DNA of 63,879 nt, the filler included, from Sphacelaria rigidula (taxonomy: Eukaryota), in the NCBI GenBank assembly GCA_964200075.2. It is 10 parts of 10 records of this genome, joined end to end, with 100 filler letters (N's around TTAATTAATTAA, not from the genome) between each part and the next. Parts side by side here need not be neighbours in the genome. Positions count along the whole stretch, not along the records: positions 1 to 6,299 come from CAXNAA020020936.1; positions 6,400 to 12,698 come from CAXNAA020020937.1; 8 more parts are not named here. The stretch is one strand, 5' to 3'. The notes beneath the pieces were generated by a model, which saw only the letters and a list, made by a program, of their open reading frames with translations, was not told where the DNA came from and searched no databases. This document shows positions 1-11,900 of the stretch, piece after piece. Every line of letters starts with the position of its first letter. Position 1 is the first letter of the stretch. The position numbers were made by a program, and so were the translations under genes.

Positions 1-159
1 AAACAATTTCAGTTCCGAAATGCCCCCAGGCGTAAAAATGCTTTGTGCGGTATCTCACCAACCAGACCGCCGAACTCCTCGAATGGGGTACTGTATGGTA
101 GCTGCATGCACAGGACGTGTGCTCAAGCGGAAAAGAAAAGAAAAGTTACCTGTAAGGAA

Positions 160-2450
160 CGCTAGAGCATCCACTCTGAATCTGAAACTACGTTCTGATT
201 CTCACGAATATAGTGTTTACAATACCACTGACTAGATCTGGTCCAAATTCTGGCGAGAAATCTGTGCACAAACCGTGCTTGTGATCGTGAGCGGCTGTGC
301 TGAGATATACACGCTGGTGATCCTTTGGAGCGAGATTTCTGTCCGAAGGTGGGTTGGGGCACGGGGTGCTGGTCGCGGTTGGTGAAGGATCTATCGAGCG
401 TTGAATTTCGTATACTGTAAGGGATGGACGATGCCTGGGAAGGGCAGTTGTAGTGGCTGGCCGCGACAACTGGTGGGTTTGGTTTGAAATACCTCGGTCG
501 GCCGCAACAAGTAGCGAAGCGTCTGTTTGCGAAGCTGGCGAAGGTACAGCATGAAGTGGGGGCAAACAAGGGGACGTTTCGTCAAAGGGTGGAGGCGAGT
601 TGGCTACAGTAGTCAATTCGATACCCGTCTTTTTGGGGAACGTCGTTAAATAGGGGACGAGCGGCCAAGCGTGGGCGGCCGGTCGGTCACTACACCACGT
701 TTTGCTTGTGATGAACTAGACGAGGGGTTTTCATGACAACGAGGCGAACGCCCAATTTGCAGCGAGGTATCTGACCCAACAGATGACAACGCTATTTTAG
801 AGGTGGGTTCTAGCATAGTGTGTGAGGGGTCGATAAGGAGCAGTGTTGGTCTGTTCGAAATCTGGGAAACACCGGCCTGATCGACAGAATCGTTTTCATC
901 TGATGAATCCACACCCGTTCACGACTTCGGTGGATGGGTGCAACTGTATCTTCAGGGATATCTACAGGGTCATCTGGAGGAGCCCGCCGAGGGTGACGCA
1001 TATAGCGCACCAACGGTTCGGCTGCTCCGGGGGTTATTGGGGACTGGTCAAGGACAGCCCGCCTTCGGTCACTCTCGTGGCGCTCCACCGGCGCTGTTAC
1101 TTGGGGTCCTTCCCAACCCGCTGAGCGACGGAAAGCCGGGGTTTAACACGGTTGCGCTCCGTGCCAAAACAATTACGCTCACCAAATAAAAGGAGACCGG
1201 GCACCGACGTTCGTTCGTGGGTGTAACAGGGATCGGCTTGGCACCTAAGCATGTTTGGGGGCTGGTATGTGGCCTTGATTTTAATTTGCTGCAATAAACG
1301 GTTGCAGGGGTAAGAGCTACCGCGACAAAAAAAAGATGTTCCTGCTTTGGGGACGGGCGGTGTTACACTACATGACTGCCGATCTCGCGAGGAGAAAGGA
1401 TCTAACTGGCTATGATCAATACCACTTGGAGGTAAAACTAGGTGATCAACTCTAGAACACAAACACTGGGATTTGTCATTGCGCAATTGGGAGTTATGCA
1501 ACGATACACGGGATTCTGCTGCCATGGAACCCATCATGACAGCCTGATCGAGCCCAGTGTACCCGCACCACAAACCTGAACCTGTACCGTACGACATGGA
1601 TTCAGTTCTGTGATGTGTGTCTACTGGCGGAGCGAAAGAAAGAGGGGGGCACTTTCTATTCGTTGGTCCCCTAATGTGGGCCTGTGACAGACAGTGAGGA
1701 ATAAACGCGAAGTGTATTCAAAACGGGCAGAGGACGACGGCCTAATTTTGAGGCAGTGGTACACTCTGAATCGCCCCACTGTATGCCTATTTGAAAACGC
1801 GTGGTTTGGTAACTTCTGAAACATCGTTCAGTGGCGCGTGTAGCAGTGGAGGGACAGAAATTAATCTGGCGGGGCTCAACCTTTGTGCAAGCCCAATCAT
1901 AAGAGGGCGTGTGCCGTCTTATGATTGACCCTGTGCATACGGGTGAAAAGCGCCAGAATGAGATACGGGTAGGCTTGGGCCGAAAGCCTTTGCGCCCGAG
2001 CCTAAAAGTACGATTGATTGCACTGTGGGTTGAGATTCCTGTGATCACTACCGTGGTTACAATATCAAATCGGGGGTGGTTGTTTGAACCGCGCGAATCG
2101 CGATGTTGAGGGCGACGGTTTTAACGCGTATGCCCCTGTTGTGAGGATTTGGTCAAAAGAAAATGATCTGAGCACACCGAACGCGTTTGTGAAAAGCTCC
2201 TCACAGGGGCGCATCAAATATATGGGAACGCAATCGGCCGCGGTATACCCAGTATCGTCATGAAACCAAATGCCACAACATTGGCATGTGTCCTTTCAGG
2301 GGCGGATCTAGTCAGTATGAAAAAGGGGGGGTCGATGTAACGGTTCCACATCGGTGTTTCGATAAGGTCCGTGGGCGTGCTGATTTGATGTCTTATCGCA
2401 AATTTCATGGCGCGAAAAGTCAAGGAGAGAATCGACTGGTGATCACGACG
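160..2450 (-). pseudogene. Heavily decayed coding-like sequence, possibly the 3' part of a non-LTR retrotransposon (RNase H-like remnants)
   Basis: Broken minus-strand ORFs. The 1097-1597 ORF has 'SMSYGTGSG', 'GSMAAE' and 'QIKIKA', loosely resembling RNase H motifs. No intact motif set. Confidence 0.3.
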
Positions 2451-3667
2451 GTGGTTGGTACCGTCGCTGGAGACATGACCTATCCTCTGACTAACTCACC
2501 TTATGATCCATTTCAGTCAGCGAGATGGAACAATGGAAACCACCCGCGCTGCTGAAATTTGAATCAAAAAGGGCAAGAAAGTAAGCAAACGTCACGATTC
2601 CGTTGTGCTCGTAGAAGTTCGAATGTCAGAGGTTGGCTGCAGTAGGTGGGTTTGAATCGCCATGCAGCTTAGTGCACACCGCACCTTCACCCGGCCTGTC
2701 ACCTAATTAATGAGGTGATGGGGCGAGGTAAATGTAGAAACTTAGAAAAAAATCGCAAGAACCACAGAAAAAAAAATTGGGTTGTACGACACAATCTCAA
2801 GAGTGCCTGGCATAAAGTGACTGTTCTCATGCAGTACTGTACAGAAACGACTTGACGGTCGACGAGGGAAAGGGACTGCTAAACCCCTCTCGAAAAATAA
2901 GGGCAAGCACTGCAGAAGGAAAGTAAGGTACTAAAAACAAAACAACGAAAAAAATTCTCCTGTGTTGACCTTCCTCCTGTGTGACCCCGGTTGGTGCGCT
3001 CACATATGCCGAGAGGTGCAGACCGGCGCCCAGAACAGATGAAATGGCAACACACGCTGGATAGAGATGTCGTGGGTTTAAATCATGCCGCCATGGAAAA
3101 CAAATATGTACTTACGAGGCACAGCGAACATCCACATTAACCCGCCAAGTCCTGTATGAGCGCTCGAGAAGGTTTGGCAACTTGAGAAACAGTAGCTAGC
3201 GGGATTCGCAGCTAAACGTTGGAAACAAATCGACAGTCTCATGTACTGTCCAGCTGACGGTACCGTCGGCAGGATCGCGACGTCCGCTGCTATTAGCTGA
3301 GGTGGAAGTCGGGTAACATGCAGTACAGGCAGACAAGGGATATACACCGGCGACCCAAAAAACGTCGTATCTATAGTACGACTGTACAGACGACGAAGCA
3401 CAGACGGTATGACTTAGTACAGTGCGGCATCGCATCAACACACGATATGATACCGGACAGTAAGGTCACGTGTACTGTGGAATGCAAAAATTGGGGAGTC
3501 ATACAGCACAGGCAGTACGCAGTTGTGGCGTTGTACTACGCTGAACAGTACAATCGAGTAGATACACACCGTCCGTGGCCGCTGCTGTAGGCGGACAGTG
3601 CCGCAAGTTTCAGTGCCTACACCGATATCCTAAATATTTTCGACAACTCCGGACAGTACAGACTGCG

Positions 3668-4153
3668 TGTTGGAAACTGCAGCATGTAGTACAATGTTTT
3701 ACCTGGAGGAATATGGCTTCACTCTTGATGATGTCCCGATGTGGCAACTGTCTTCTGTAGATTATGCAGAGGTGCAGAGAGTGACGGTTAAGTCACTTGA
3801 CTTGAGACTAGAGATGTTGAACTTAGCGCTTATGTGGCCGAAGACTCTAACTCGTGGAAGAGAAGAGTATGAGAAGAGAAGTAGTAGAGGAGTAATCAGG
3901 TGGGCGAGCACCAAGTGTGCGAGCCTACCGATCAGCTAATGAACTTCCAGAACTTCCGCACGTCTAGAACACTCGCGGGATATTACAACCGATAACTCCT
4001 GATTAATCCTCCGACAACTTGTTCTGGAAACATAATGTACCGCAGACTATACCGCAGTCTATTTCTGGGACATTCAAATGATTTCTTACTTGTTTACGAT
4101 AACCTACGATAGATAGTAGTCGTTACCAATGACTGACATTGAATGTTCCAACA
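3668..4153 (-). repeat. 3' LTR of a Ty1/copia element (486 bp)
   Basis: Perfect 8-bp inverted termini TGTTGGAA (3668-3675) and TTCCAACA (4146-4153). It directly follows the PPT on the minus strand, downstream of copia RNase H. Confidence 0.9.
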
Positions 4154-4163
4154 CTCCCCCTCA
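4154..4163 (-). other. Polypurine tract of the copia element
   Basis: The minus strand reads TGAGGGGGAG immediately before the TGT start of the LTR. Confidence 0.9.
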
Positions 4164-4516
4164 ATGGAAAGTCATCTCAAAGGAAAGTAATCCAAAGGAG
4201 GAATATGTTGATGCAAAAAAAACACTTACGCAAAAGATAATTTATTGCAATTCCACTGGCGACTAACAGAGATCGAACGAAGATCTCTCACGCTTCCTTA
4301 TGTAGCATGTACGGTAGATGCAGCAAATGAAAAGAACGCAAGAATGCTGTCTACAAGAAGTCAACAATTTTAGCCTAGATATTCAAGCTACTCAGGAAAT
4401 GCAGAAAGTATGCACAAATCTTCTGAGGTTGCTACTCCGAACGAGATGTACAGAAGATTCCGCCCGGACTATCCCATGGCGATGGTGAGGAGCCCGATCC
4501 TTGAGTTCTGGCGTCG

Positions 4517-6100
4517 TCACTTGAACTGGAGGATTTGCCGCATGAGGCTGTCTTGTACCTCGCGGACGCAGTACTTGGTGCAAAGGTCGGCCAACATGTG
4601 GCGGCCTGGAATGAAGTTTAGCTTGATGATGCCTTGACGGATCCACTCGCGGAGTGAGGCGAAGCGAACGGCGATGTGCCGCGACCTCTGGCTGAAATTC
4701 GCCTCCGGAGCTAGGGTCATGGAGCTCTGGTTGTCCGCATACAGGGTGAAGGTGCGTTGTCGTGACCATCCTAGCTCCCCCAGCATAGAAGGGAAGTAGA
4801 GCCCGTGCTTGGCGGTGCTGTTCATTGCGATGAGCTCCGCCTCCGATGTCGATTGCGCGGTTATGCGCTGAACTTGACTGCCGAAGTGAATGAGCCCTCC
4901 ACTCAGAAAATTGATCCGGTGATGGATTTGCTTGATGGTCCAGATGCGTAGGAGGCGTCGATGTAGCAGGTAATGCTGAAGTCGCTGGCGCGCCTGTAGG
5001 TAATGACGAGATCTGAGTTACGCTTGAGGTACCGAAGAATTCTTTTGGCGCTAGCTGCGCTCGCAGTGGTCGGACTTGACATGTGCCGTGCTACCTGCAT
5101 GACGGCATGCGCGATGTCGGATCTTGTGCAATTCACCAGGAAGATGAGGCTTCCCACCAGGCTCTGGTAGTCCTTTTTCTCGCTTGCGGAAGGAAGTGCA
5201 GACTCACCAGTTGCGTTGTTGAGCTCGGCTCATGTCCCTGGAGTGTGCGAGGGGTTGCACATATCCATGCCATAACGCTTGAGCACAGACATGGTGCATT
5301 TCTCCTGGCTGAGGCTTATTGTGCCGTTGTCCAGGTCTTGATGAATGTCGATGCCGAGAATCTGAGTCGCATGACCAAGATCAGTTATCTTGAATGATTG
5401 CTGAAGTTCCTGACGCACTTGATGCAGCACGTCGGTAGAAGGGCCCGTGAGAACAATGTCGTCGACGAAGAGTGTCAGCATGCAGTAGATGCCTCCGCTG
5501 CCCTTGGTGTAGACACAGGGGTCAGATGCTGTAGGTGTGAACCCTCTCGTGCGCAGATTCTTGTCGATTGTTGAGTTCCAAACGCTCGGAGATTGACGCA
5601 GCCTGTACAAGCCCTTGCGCAGACGCCAAACCAGCTGCTTGCCAGTGGTGCTGTCGAACGTTTCGAATCCTGGCGTCTGAAAAGTGTACACCACTTCGGA
5701 GAGGGTACCGTTTAGGAACGCTGTCTGCACGCCCATGGCGATGACTGGCCAGTTCTGGACAGCCGATATCGCCAATAGAAGTATTTGGCTTCCAATCCTG
5801 CACACCGGTGCAAATGTGGTGAAACAGTCTATGCCGTGCTGTTGCACCCAGCCCTGAACGATGACTCTTACCTTGAATCGCCCATCCGTTTTGATCAGAT
5901 AAACCCAGCGCGTGCCGATGATGGAGCAACCGGCGGGTACGGAGTCGAACGGGACGAGATCCGCCACCTCGTGGTCGGCCAGGCTGTTCATTTCTTTGTC
6001 CATGGCCTTTTTCCATTCCGCTGCGTGGGGTGAGTCCATGGCCTGCTTATAGGTGTTGGGCACTTGGATTGCTGCAGGAGGAAGAACTTGATCGATCCCC
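4517..6100 (-). mobile_element. Ty1/copia pol remnant (reverse transcriptase + RNase H), inactivated
   Basis: Copia RT motifs PNTYKQAM..W..AM..EMNSL, RFKVRVIVQG, QTAFLNG, LRKGLYRLRQS and LFVDD. RNase H motifs GSLIFL..TRSDI, DASYA, ADNQS, RSRHI and MLADLCTK. Premature TGA at 5230 plus frameshifts. Confidence 0.95.
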
Positions 6101-6102
6101 AC

Positions 6103-6299
6103 CACACCCTGGATAATAGGCAATAGGGTAATAGAGTATCGGTAGGATCCTATTCCAATAGGGGTCCCTATCAGTACCTTTAACAGTTATCGATATCGAG
6201 ATTTCGCAGCTGCTGTTACCGGGCATAGGTATGGATTGGTTCTCCATGTACCTATTATTCGACCAGATACATATCGACATCAAGTTCGACAACCTATTG
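6103..6299. mobile_element. Terminus of a putative DNA element interrupting the copia pol
   Basis: Copia similarity stops near 6100 and the sequence starts CACACCCTGGA, the same terminus as the 40888-41057 palindrome. Confidence 0.45.
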
Positions 6300-6399
6300 N
6301 NNNNNNNNNNNNNNNNNNNNNNNNNNNNNNNNNNNNNNNNNNNTTAATTAATTAANNNNNNNNNNNNNNNNNNNNNNNNNNNNNNNNNNNNNNNNNNNN
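6300..6399. other. Artificial contig linker (N-run + TTAATTAATTAA + N-run); also at 12699-12798, 19098-19197, 25496-25595, 31894-31993, 38292-38391, 44689-44788, 51086-51185, 57483-57582
   Basis: The same 100-bp spacer, with stops in all six frames, occurs nine times. The intervening pieces fall monotonically from 6299 to 6297 bp, i.e. size-sorted unplaced contigs. Confidence 0.98.
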
Positions 6400-7783
6400 A
6401 ACATTAAGTGCATATAGGTCGCGCTTCAGCGCTTCCACATGTGGCGACGGGATTTCCACTTGCTCCGCCATATCATTGTCGCCGTATTGTGTGGCTTCCT
6501 ACGTTCGCCAAGTGTTGATGATGCAGCCCACCGAAACGGTGCACCGCCACTCTAAGTTTAAGTATACTTGTGCGCCAGTCTAAGTTCAAGTATACTAATG
6601 AGACATATTCGCGCACCGAACTCGAATTGAGGTATTTCACATATTCACACTCACAGAAATAACATGTATGGGGATTTATACTTTTTTTGCGAGAGTTTTG
6701 TCGATGCATAAAATTGGACACACTTCACCCGTCGCGTGATATCATCACTGGACAAACCCAACCCGACCGCTCCGGGGTTTCATTTCCGGTACATACCATG
6801 ACGTATGCTTCTGGAGTCTCCTTTGATCTTCCACAGGAAATATGGTTGCCGTCGGTCTTTTCTGTTTCCATCTTTTCTTCTTTGTCACAATTTGAAATGA
6901 TGAGGCGTCTGGCCTGGGGACGGGAGGGGAGGGTTCCAAAAGGCTTCATGACCGATCTCTGCCGACACATTTCCGTGCACCGGCCGCGGCGTATGAATCG
7001 CAGGAATGGCATAGCGGTGAGCCGCCGAGCGATGAGAATGGAAGCAGTGAGGATGGGGGAGGTAATGGCGACAGAGGCGCAGAATCTTCTGCACATGGCA
7101 GCGGCACCGAAAGCAACACAAGTGCGTGGGTTTGGTAGTCCCGCCCTGTCTGTGTATCTGCGTTTCCCGTTGTAAGTGCATCGAGCCTCCGTGCCGTGCG
7201 CGCGTTGTTGTCCCGGCGTTGTTGCGTGATCTGTGATCGATTGTGCGATTGTCCCACGTTCATTGTTCCGCCGACGAATCCAGCAATGTTGACACAACGT
7301 AGATAGATGTACCCCAAGGTGAATAAAATAACGGAAACGCTCGCGGACGGAAACTCGAAAAAAGTGAGAAAACGGAGAGAAAAAGGTCCGAGAGATTAAA
7401 CGGAGTAGACTGTTTTGTACGATGGACGAGGAGCACCACCATACCATACACATTTCCGTTAAATGGAACTGGGAAACGTTTTGGGACCTATCCTCGCCTT
7501 TTCCTCGTATCGACTCAACCCGTTCCATTTTGCGTCGTTTTACTCCATCTCTGCTCCTCGCGTGGACGCGTTGACCGTCCTTTTATTTTGCGATGTTCTG
7601 CGATGTGCTTCTCGGACGGGGATGGTTGGGGGGGGGGGGGGGGCTGAAAACACCCGCGGCCTCGACGGGCGCCGGCGCCAGAGGGACCTTGTTTCGGAGG
7701 ACAACCCCCCTNNNNNNNNNNTCTCTCTCCCTCCCCTCGCCGGGGCGGCGCGGTGTTCGTTTTTTGTTTTTTGGGGGGGGGGT

Positions 7784-7829
<46 letters not shown>

Positions 7830-7831
<2 letters not shown>

Positions 7832-8077
7832 GAAAACAACAGCAGCCTCGACGAGCGCCAGCGACAGAAGCAACTTGTTTCGGATGACAGACACCCTTGC
7901 AGAGAGAACCTTTACGTTCGCCCCAGCGGACACGCCACCTATGTCGCCCTCGGCAGCTGGTGTTTTTGCGCTGTCGCGGGGGGGCTCTGACATGAGCAAC
8001 TCTCCGGCTTCGGGCGTTGTTGCCCGCCACGTCCATCGGTTCGCTTCGGTGTCCTCGGGGTCTTACGACCGAGAGAG
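7830..8077 (+). CDS. Probable upstream exon (low-complexity N-terminal region) of the 6-phosphofructo-2-kinase gene; 5' boundary uncertain
   Basis: Open frame ...TFTFAPADTPPMSPS...SYDRE ends at a phase-2 donor AG|GTGGGC (8078), in phase with the acceptor at 8471. Confidence 0.55.
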
Positions 8078-8470
8078 GTGGGCGGTGCTTTTGACAACGA
8101 CGTGGTGTGGTGACGTGGGCGGGAGGGATGTCGCATTTGACAAAACGTTTGCAGCAATTTGAACGTTGCACCGCCCGCGCTGTGAGAGAAGCAACCCTAT
8201 CTAATGCTTTGTACGACACAGGGACGCCTACAGAGATGGAAGAAATTAGGTTGCGTTTCTTTCTCATACTTTCATATTTAATTCAGAATAACAAACGATG
8301 ATCTCAGCTTTTCCTGCCCGGGAGCGCTGAACTCTAAGCAGCTGCGCGGCGTAGCCTGTTCTCCCTCCGACTCCTGCGCCTCACCCGCAGTACCCCTGTG
8401 TCAAGCTGGTTCTCTCACCCGACATCCCAACTCGTGGGTATGGTTTATCCATTTTCCTGCTCATGCGCAG

Positions 8471-8633
8471 CCCTTTTCCCGGCATTCTCCGTCGACGGCT
8501 GGCGAGCGAGGTAAAACACGGGCTGTCTCAAGCGGAATTCGCGGTGCACCGAGAGGGCAAGCTATTGCTGGCGATGGTGGGGCTGCCGGCCAGAGGAAAG
8601 ACGTATATCGCGCAGAGTATCAAGCGTCACATG
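8471..8633 (+). CDS. PFKFB: Exon of 6-phosphofructo-2-kinase/fructose-2,6-bisphosphatase (kinase-domain P-loop)
   Basis: LLLAMVGLPARGKTYIAQSIKRH matches the PFK-2 Walker A signature. Acceptor GCAG| at 8470, donor ATG|GTACGT at 8634. Confidence 0.9.
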
Positions 8634-9376
8634 GTACGTGTGTATGCGTGCATGTGTGTGTATAAATGTATCGAGTATCGTACGTTGAGGATTTTTTTCA
8701 CGCACGGCAAGGAGTGGAACAGATCTCAGTTCCGGCACACTCACGAAAACTACCATGTAGCATAGTAGCATACGGGAGTTACATACGTCACCGGCACACG
8801 TGATTCTTCTCCAGTCTGTCAGGCTTGAGGTAGCAACTCCCAGTCCCCCCTCCGCTCTGAGGGCTGGCGTCGGTTGGCAGCGTAAAACACGCCGCTCACT
8901 GCGCAAGCTAGGCAACCAGGTTATCGTGTTGTTTTCTGCTGGCGTTATTCGCGGTAGCCATGTTGGTGGTAGAGTCAGATCATATTATGCGAGGTGGAGA
9001 ACCCGACCTCCGCGCGAAGGGGATGATCGTACCACGTAGTGTTCAAATGTCGGGACAACCATGAGGCAGTGTTCAAGTCGTGGCTGTCTCTGGAAGTGAT
9101 GGTACCAGAAAATGAAGCACTCATTCGAGGCTGTCATCCACGTGTAAGATAGTTAGTACGCTGCGGGCCGAATAGTCTTTATAAGATACAGCTCACCTTT
9201 CATGCGACCCGCCGGATACATCACGTCGCTTCGCGCTTGGTGATTGATTGCGCGCCTGGTCCGGCGAGAACCAGGCTTGCTCCACCCGGCGTTGTAGGGA
9301 TGCGAGTTCGTTGGTCGTATGACCACGGCATGCAGAGTCATGAGTACCTCCCCCTGCCCGCCCCTTCGCCCGAGTG

Positions 9377-9740
9377 CGATGCGGAATGCGTTTTCACCAC
9401 CTGCCGACTTCCGTGATACACGTCGGGAGGGGGTGGGGTCCCATTTCAGGTCTTCGCGGAGACCCTCAATACCTGGCGAGGCTTCCTGTTTGATTGGGCG
9501 TGCCCCTGGTCTCTTCCTGTACAATAGACTATCGGGCGGCGAATGAGGGTGAATCAGCTCACGATCATGCTCTCGCCCGAGGACAGCCTATCGGACAGGA
9601 AGGGACCAGGGGCAGGCCCAATGAAACAGGAAGCCTTGATAGGGTCTCGGGAAGACCTGAAGTGGGACCCCACCCCACCACCCCTCACCGACGTGGATCA
9701 CGGAAGACGGCCAGTTGTGGGCACGCACTCCGCCCGTCGA
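9377..9740. repeat. Long imperfect inverted repeat / foldback (~360 bp)
   Basis: Arm pairs: cttccgtgatacacgtcgg with ccgacgtggatcacggaag; ggggtcccatttcaggtcttc with gaagacctgaagtgggacccc; ggcttcctgtttgattgggc with gcccaatgaaacaggaagcc. Loop near 9555. Confidence 0.85.
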
Positions 9741-10559
9741 TTAATTTATACCTCATATAGGGTAGGTGATCGCGTTCATCCTTGTGCATTTTTTCGTGCG
9801 ACATCATCATATTTCGATTTCTCCATCCAGTTAGTGCGTGCCCTGGCCCGCCCCTGCTGGGGTGGGCCGAGCACTGCCAGCGGTCTTGGCGCACGAAAAG
9901 ACGACCGTACCGACGACAGTGTGGAAGGAAAGAGGTGAGAAATACGAGCACGAGCCTCGTGTTGACTTGTATCCTGGGTTTGGCCGATAGACGGTACGGT
10001 GGTGACGAGAATCAACGTAACTCTTATCGAACCAAACTGTCGGGAGATACCCGTTCCCTCCCCCCTCCCGACTGCCCATACTGGAGTGGGCAGGAGTCCG
10101 CCAGGGATCTTACACCACGAAATTAGCATTCAACAATAATGGCGGAGACACGAGCCCGCATCTCGTATCAACCGGGAGCCTGAGTTATAAGTGAAGAGGC
10201 ACCGCGATCGCGAGATTGGCGTGTGCGTCGTTTCGGAACAACTTTGGCAGCAGCATGAGGTTGAATCCGAAAGCTTCGGCCTGGACTCCGGGGCTATGCA
10301 GCAGCGGAGACCGCAGTGGGGACAGCCTAGACAGGAATGGAGGGGCTGTGCACTACGTGGGTATGCACACTACGTGGGTACGCACACCAGAAGCGAGAAA
10401 GGAGTAGAGTCGGACAGAGCAGGAAAGTTGTACTTACCTGTGAGGAAAGGCAGGCACCGGGGTTAACAAACACAACCGGAAAGTCGACAACGCAATGATG
10501 AAAAACGTTAAAACAAAAGAGAAGGAAAAGGAGGAGGAGATGCCGGGCTAGGCGTAGGC

Positions 10560-11900
10560 TTGCTAGGAAAGCAGCACGAATAGCCTGGGCGAGGCAGCGA
10601 AGTCAACTGGTCAAGGTAGCCACATACAACGTCAGAACTCTCGCTATGAAAGGAGCAAGCGAACGGGGACGAGACTACAACGTTTTGTATGAGGCTGCAA
10701 GACTAAACATCTCGGTGGTAGGACCGCAGGAGACATGGAGAGCAGGACAAACAGACGGTACAGCAGCAGGGTTCAGCGTCTTCCACTGTGGGAGCGAATC
10801 AGGTGGGCAACTTCCATGCCATCCTCGTCGAGGTGTGAAAGGGAAGTGAGGTCCGGCAGAAGTGCAAATACGCTACGATAAAAGACCTCTACAAGAAATC
10901 GAGCCGCTCCAACTGTAACAACTACCGGGGAATCTCACTTGTGCCGCACTTAGGGACAGTGCTTTGAAATATTGTGGCCGACTGCCTTAGTGACTACTGC
11001 GAAGCCCACGGTAAACTGCCGGAGGAACAGTGCGGTTTCCGACCTGACCAGAAGTTCTGATACTTAGGTGGGCTCGTTGGCGATGATGGCGAGCTTAGTC
11101 AAGAGATCAACAACCGGAGCAAAGCCGCGTGGGCGTGCATGAGAAAGTTTCCCGGAAGCTCTTTGACCGACCGGAAGCACCGTGCAGGCTCAAGGCCCGA
11201 CTACTGAAGGCGGAGGCGATGGATACCTTCCTGTACAGATGAATGATGAGGGCCCCGCGCCGCGAGCACTACCGGTTGCTGAGGACGGTGCAATTCCGGC
11301 TCCTGCTGCGAGTGATCGGGCACCGCCGCGTGCGTGGCACATACAGACAGCTATCGTACACCCAGGCCGTCAAGAAGACTGGATGCCAAAGTGCTAAAGC
11401 CATCGTCCAGCAACGGCGACTGCTATTCGCGGCAGCCCTGGCTGGACAACCGGATGGGCGACTACCGAAGCGACTAGGAACACCCGTGGAGGGGGAGGAT
11501 TCACAACCAGGATACCCGGAGAGAACTTGCTGAAGTGCCTGAGGGACGAAATTCAAGCTTTCGAAGCCACGAACGGCTCTATGGACGACACCCGACACAC
11601 GTTCGGAGTTGAAAGTCCCCCCTGGCCCTCAGCAGCGAAGAAGAAAGGGAGGATACCGTGGCACGCGAGGGTGCTGTAGGGAGCGGAGAGGTTTATGATC
11701 GCTTGGCACAAGAACGAGGAGGCCAGCCGAACACGTGCAATTAAACGAGATCTTTGAGGAGAGCAGAGAGGAGATGGAAGAATGTGCATCGAGCTTGTAC
11801 AGAACTCAACATGGCAGAAGTTGCAGGATGCCCCATCATCTCCCCCTGTCTTATTTTTCACTACTAATTGCTGACTTCCATGCACCCCTCCCCCGTGGTG
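10560..11900 (+). mobile_element. Internally deleted, decayed RTE-like LINE (APE endonuclease, RT fragments, C-terminal region)
   Basis: VATYNVRTL...QET (APE domain); [11 protein letters not shown] and LPEEQCGFRP (RT domain); RRLLFA...GRLPKRL (RTE C-terminus). Multiple stops and frameshifts. Confidence 0.88.

Noticed and set aside
6687..7528. Overlapping 162- and 267-aa ORFs on opposite strands
   Set aside because: No domain recognised; partly overlaps a repeat also seen near 14350.
7625..7895. Duplicated segment and poly-Gly/poly-Pro ORFs around poly-G
   Set aside because: The near-duplicate flanks a small N gap next to G homopolymers, typical of low-quality read ends. The same applies near 26850-27070 and 33090-33230.
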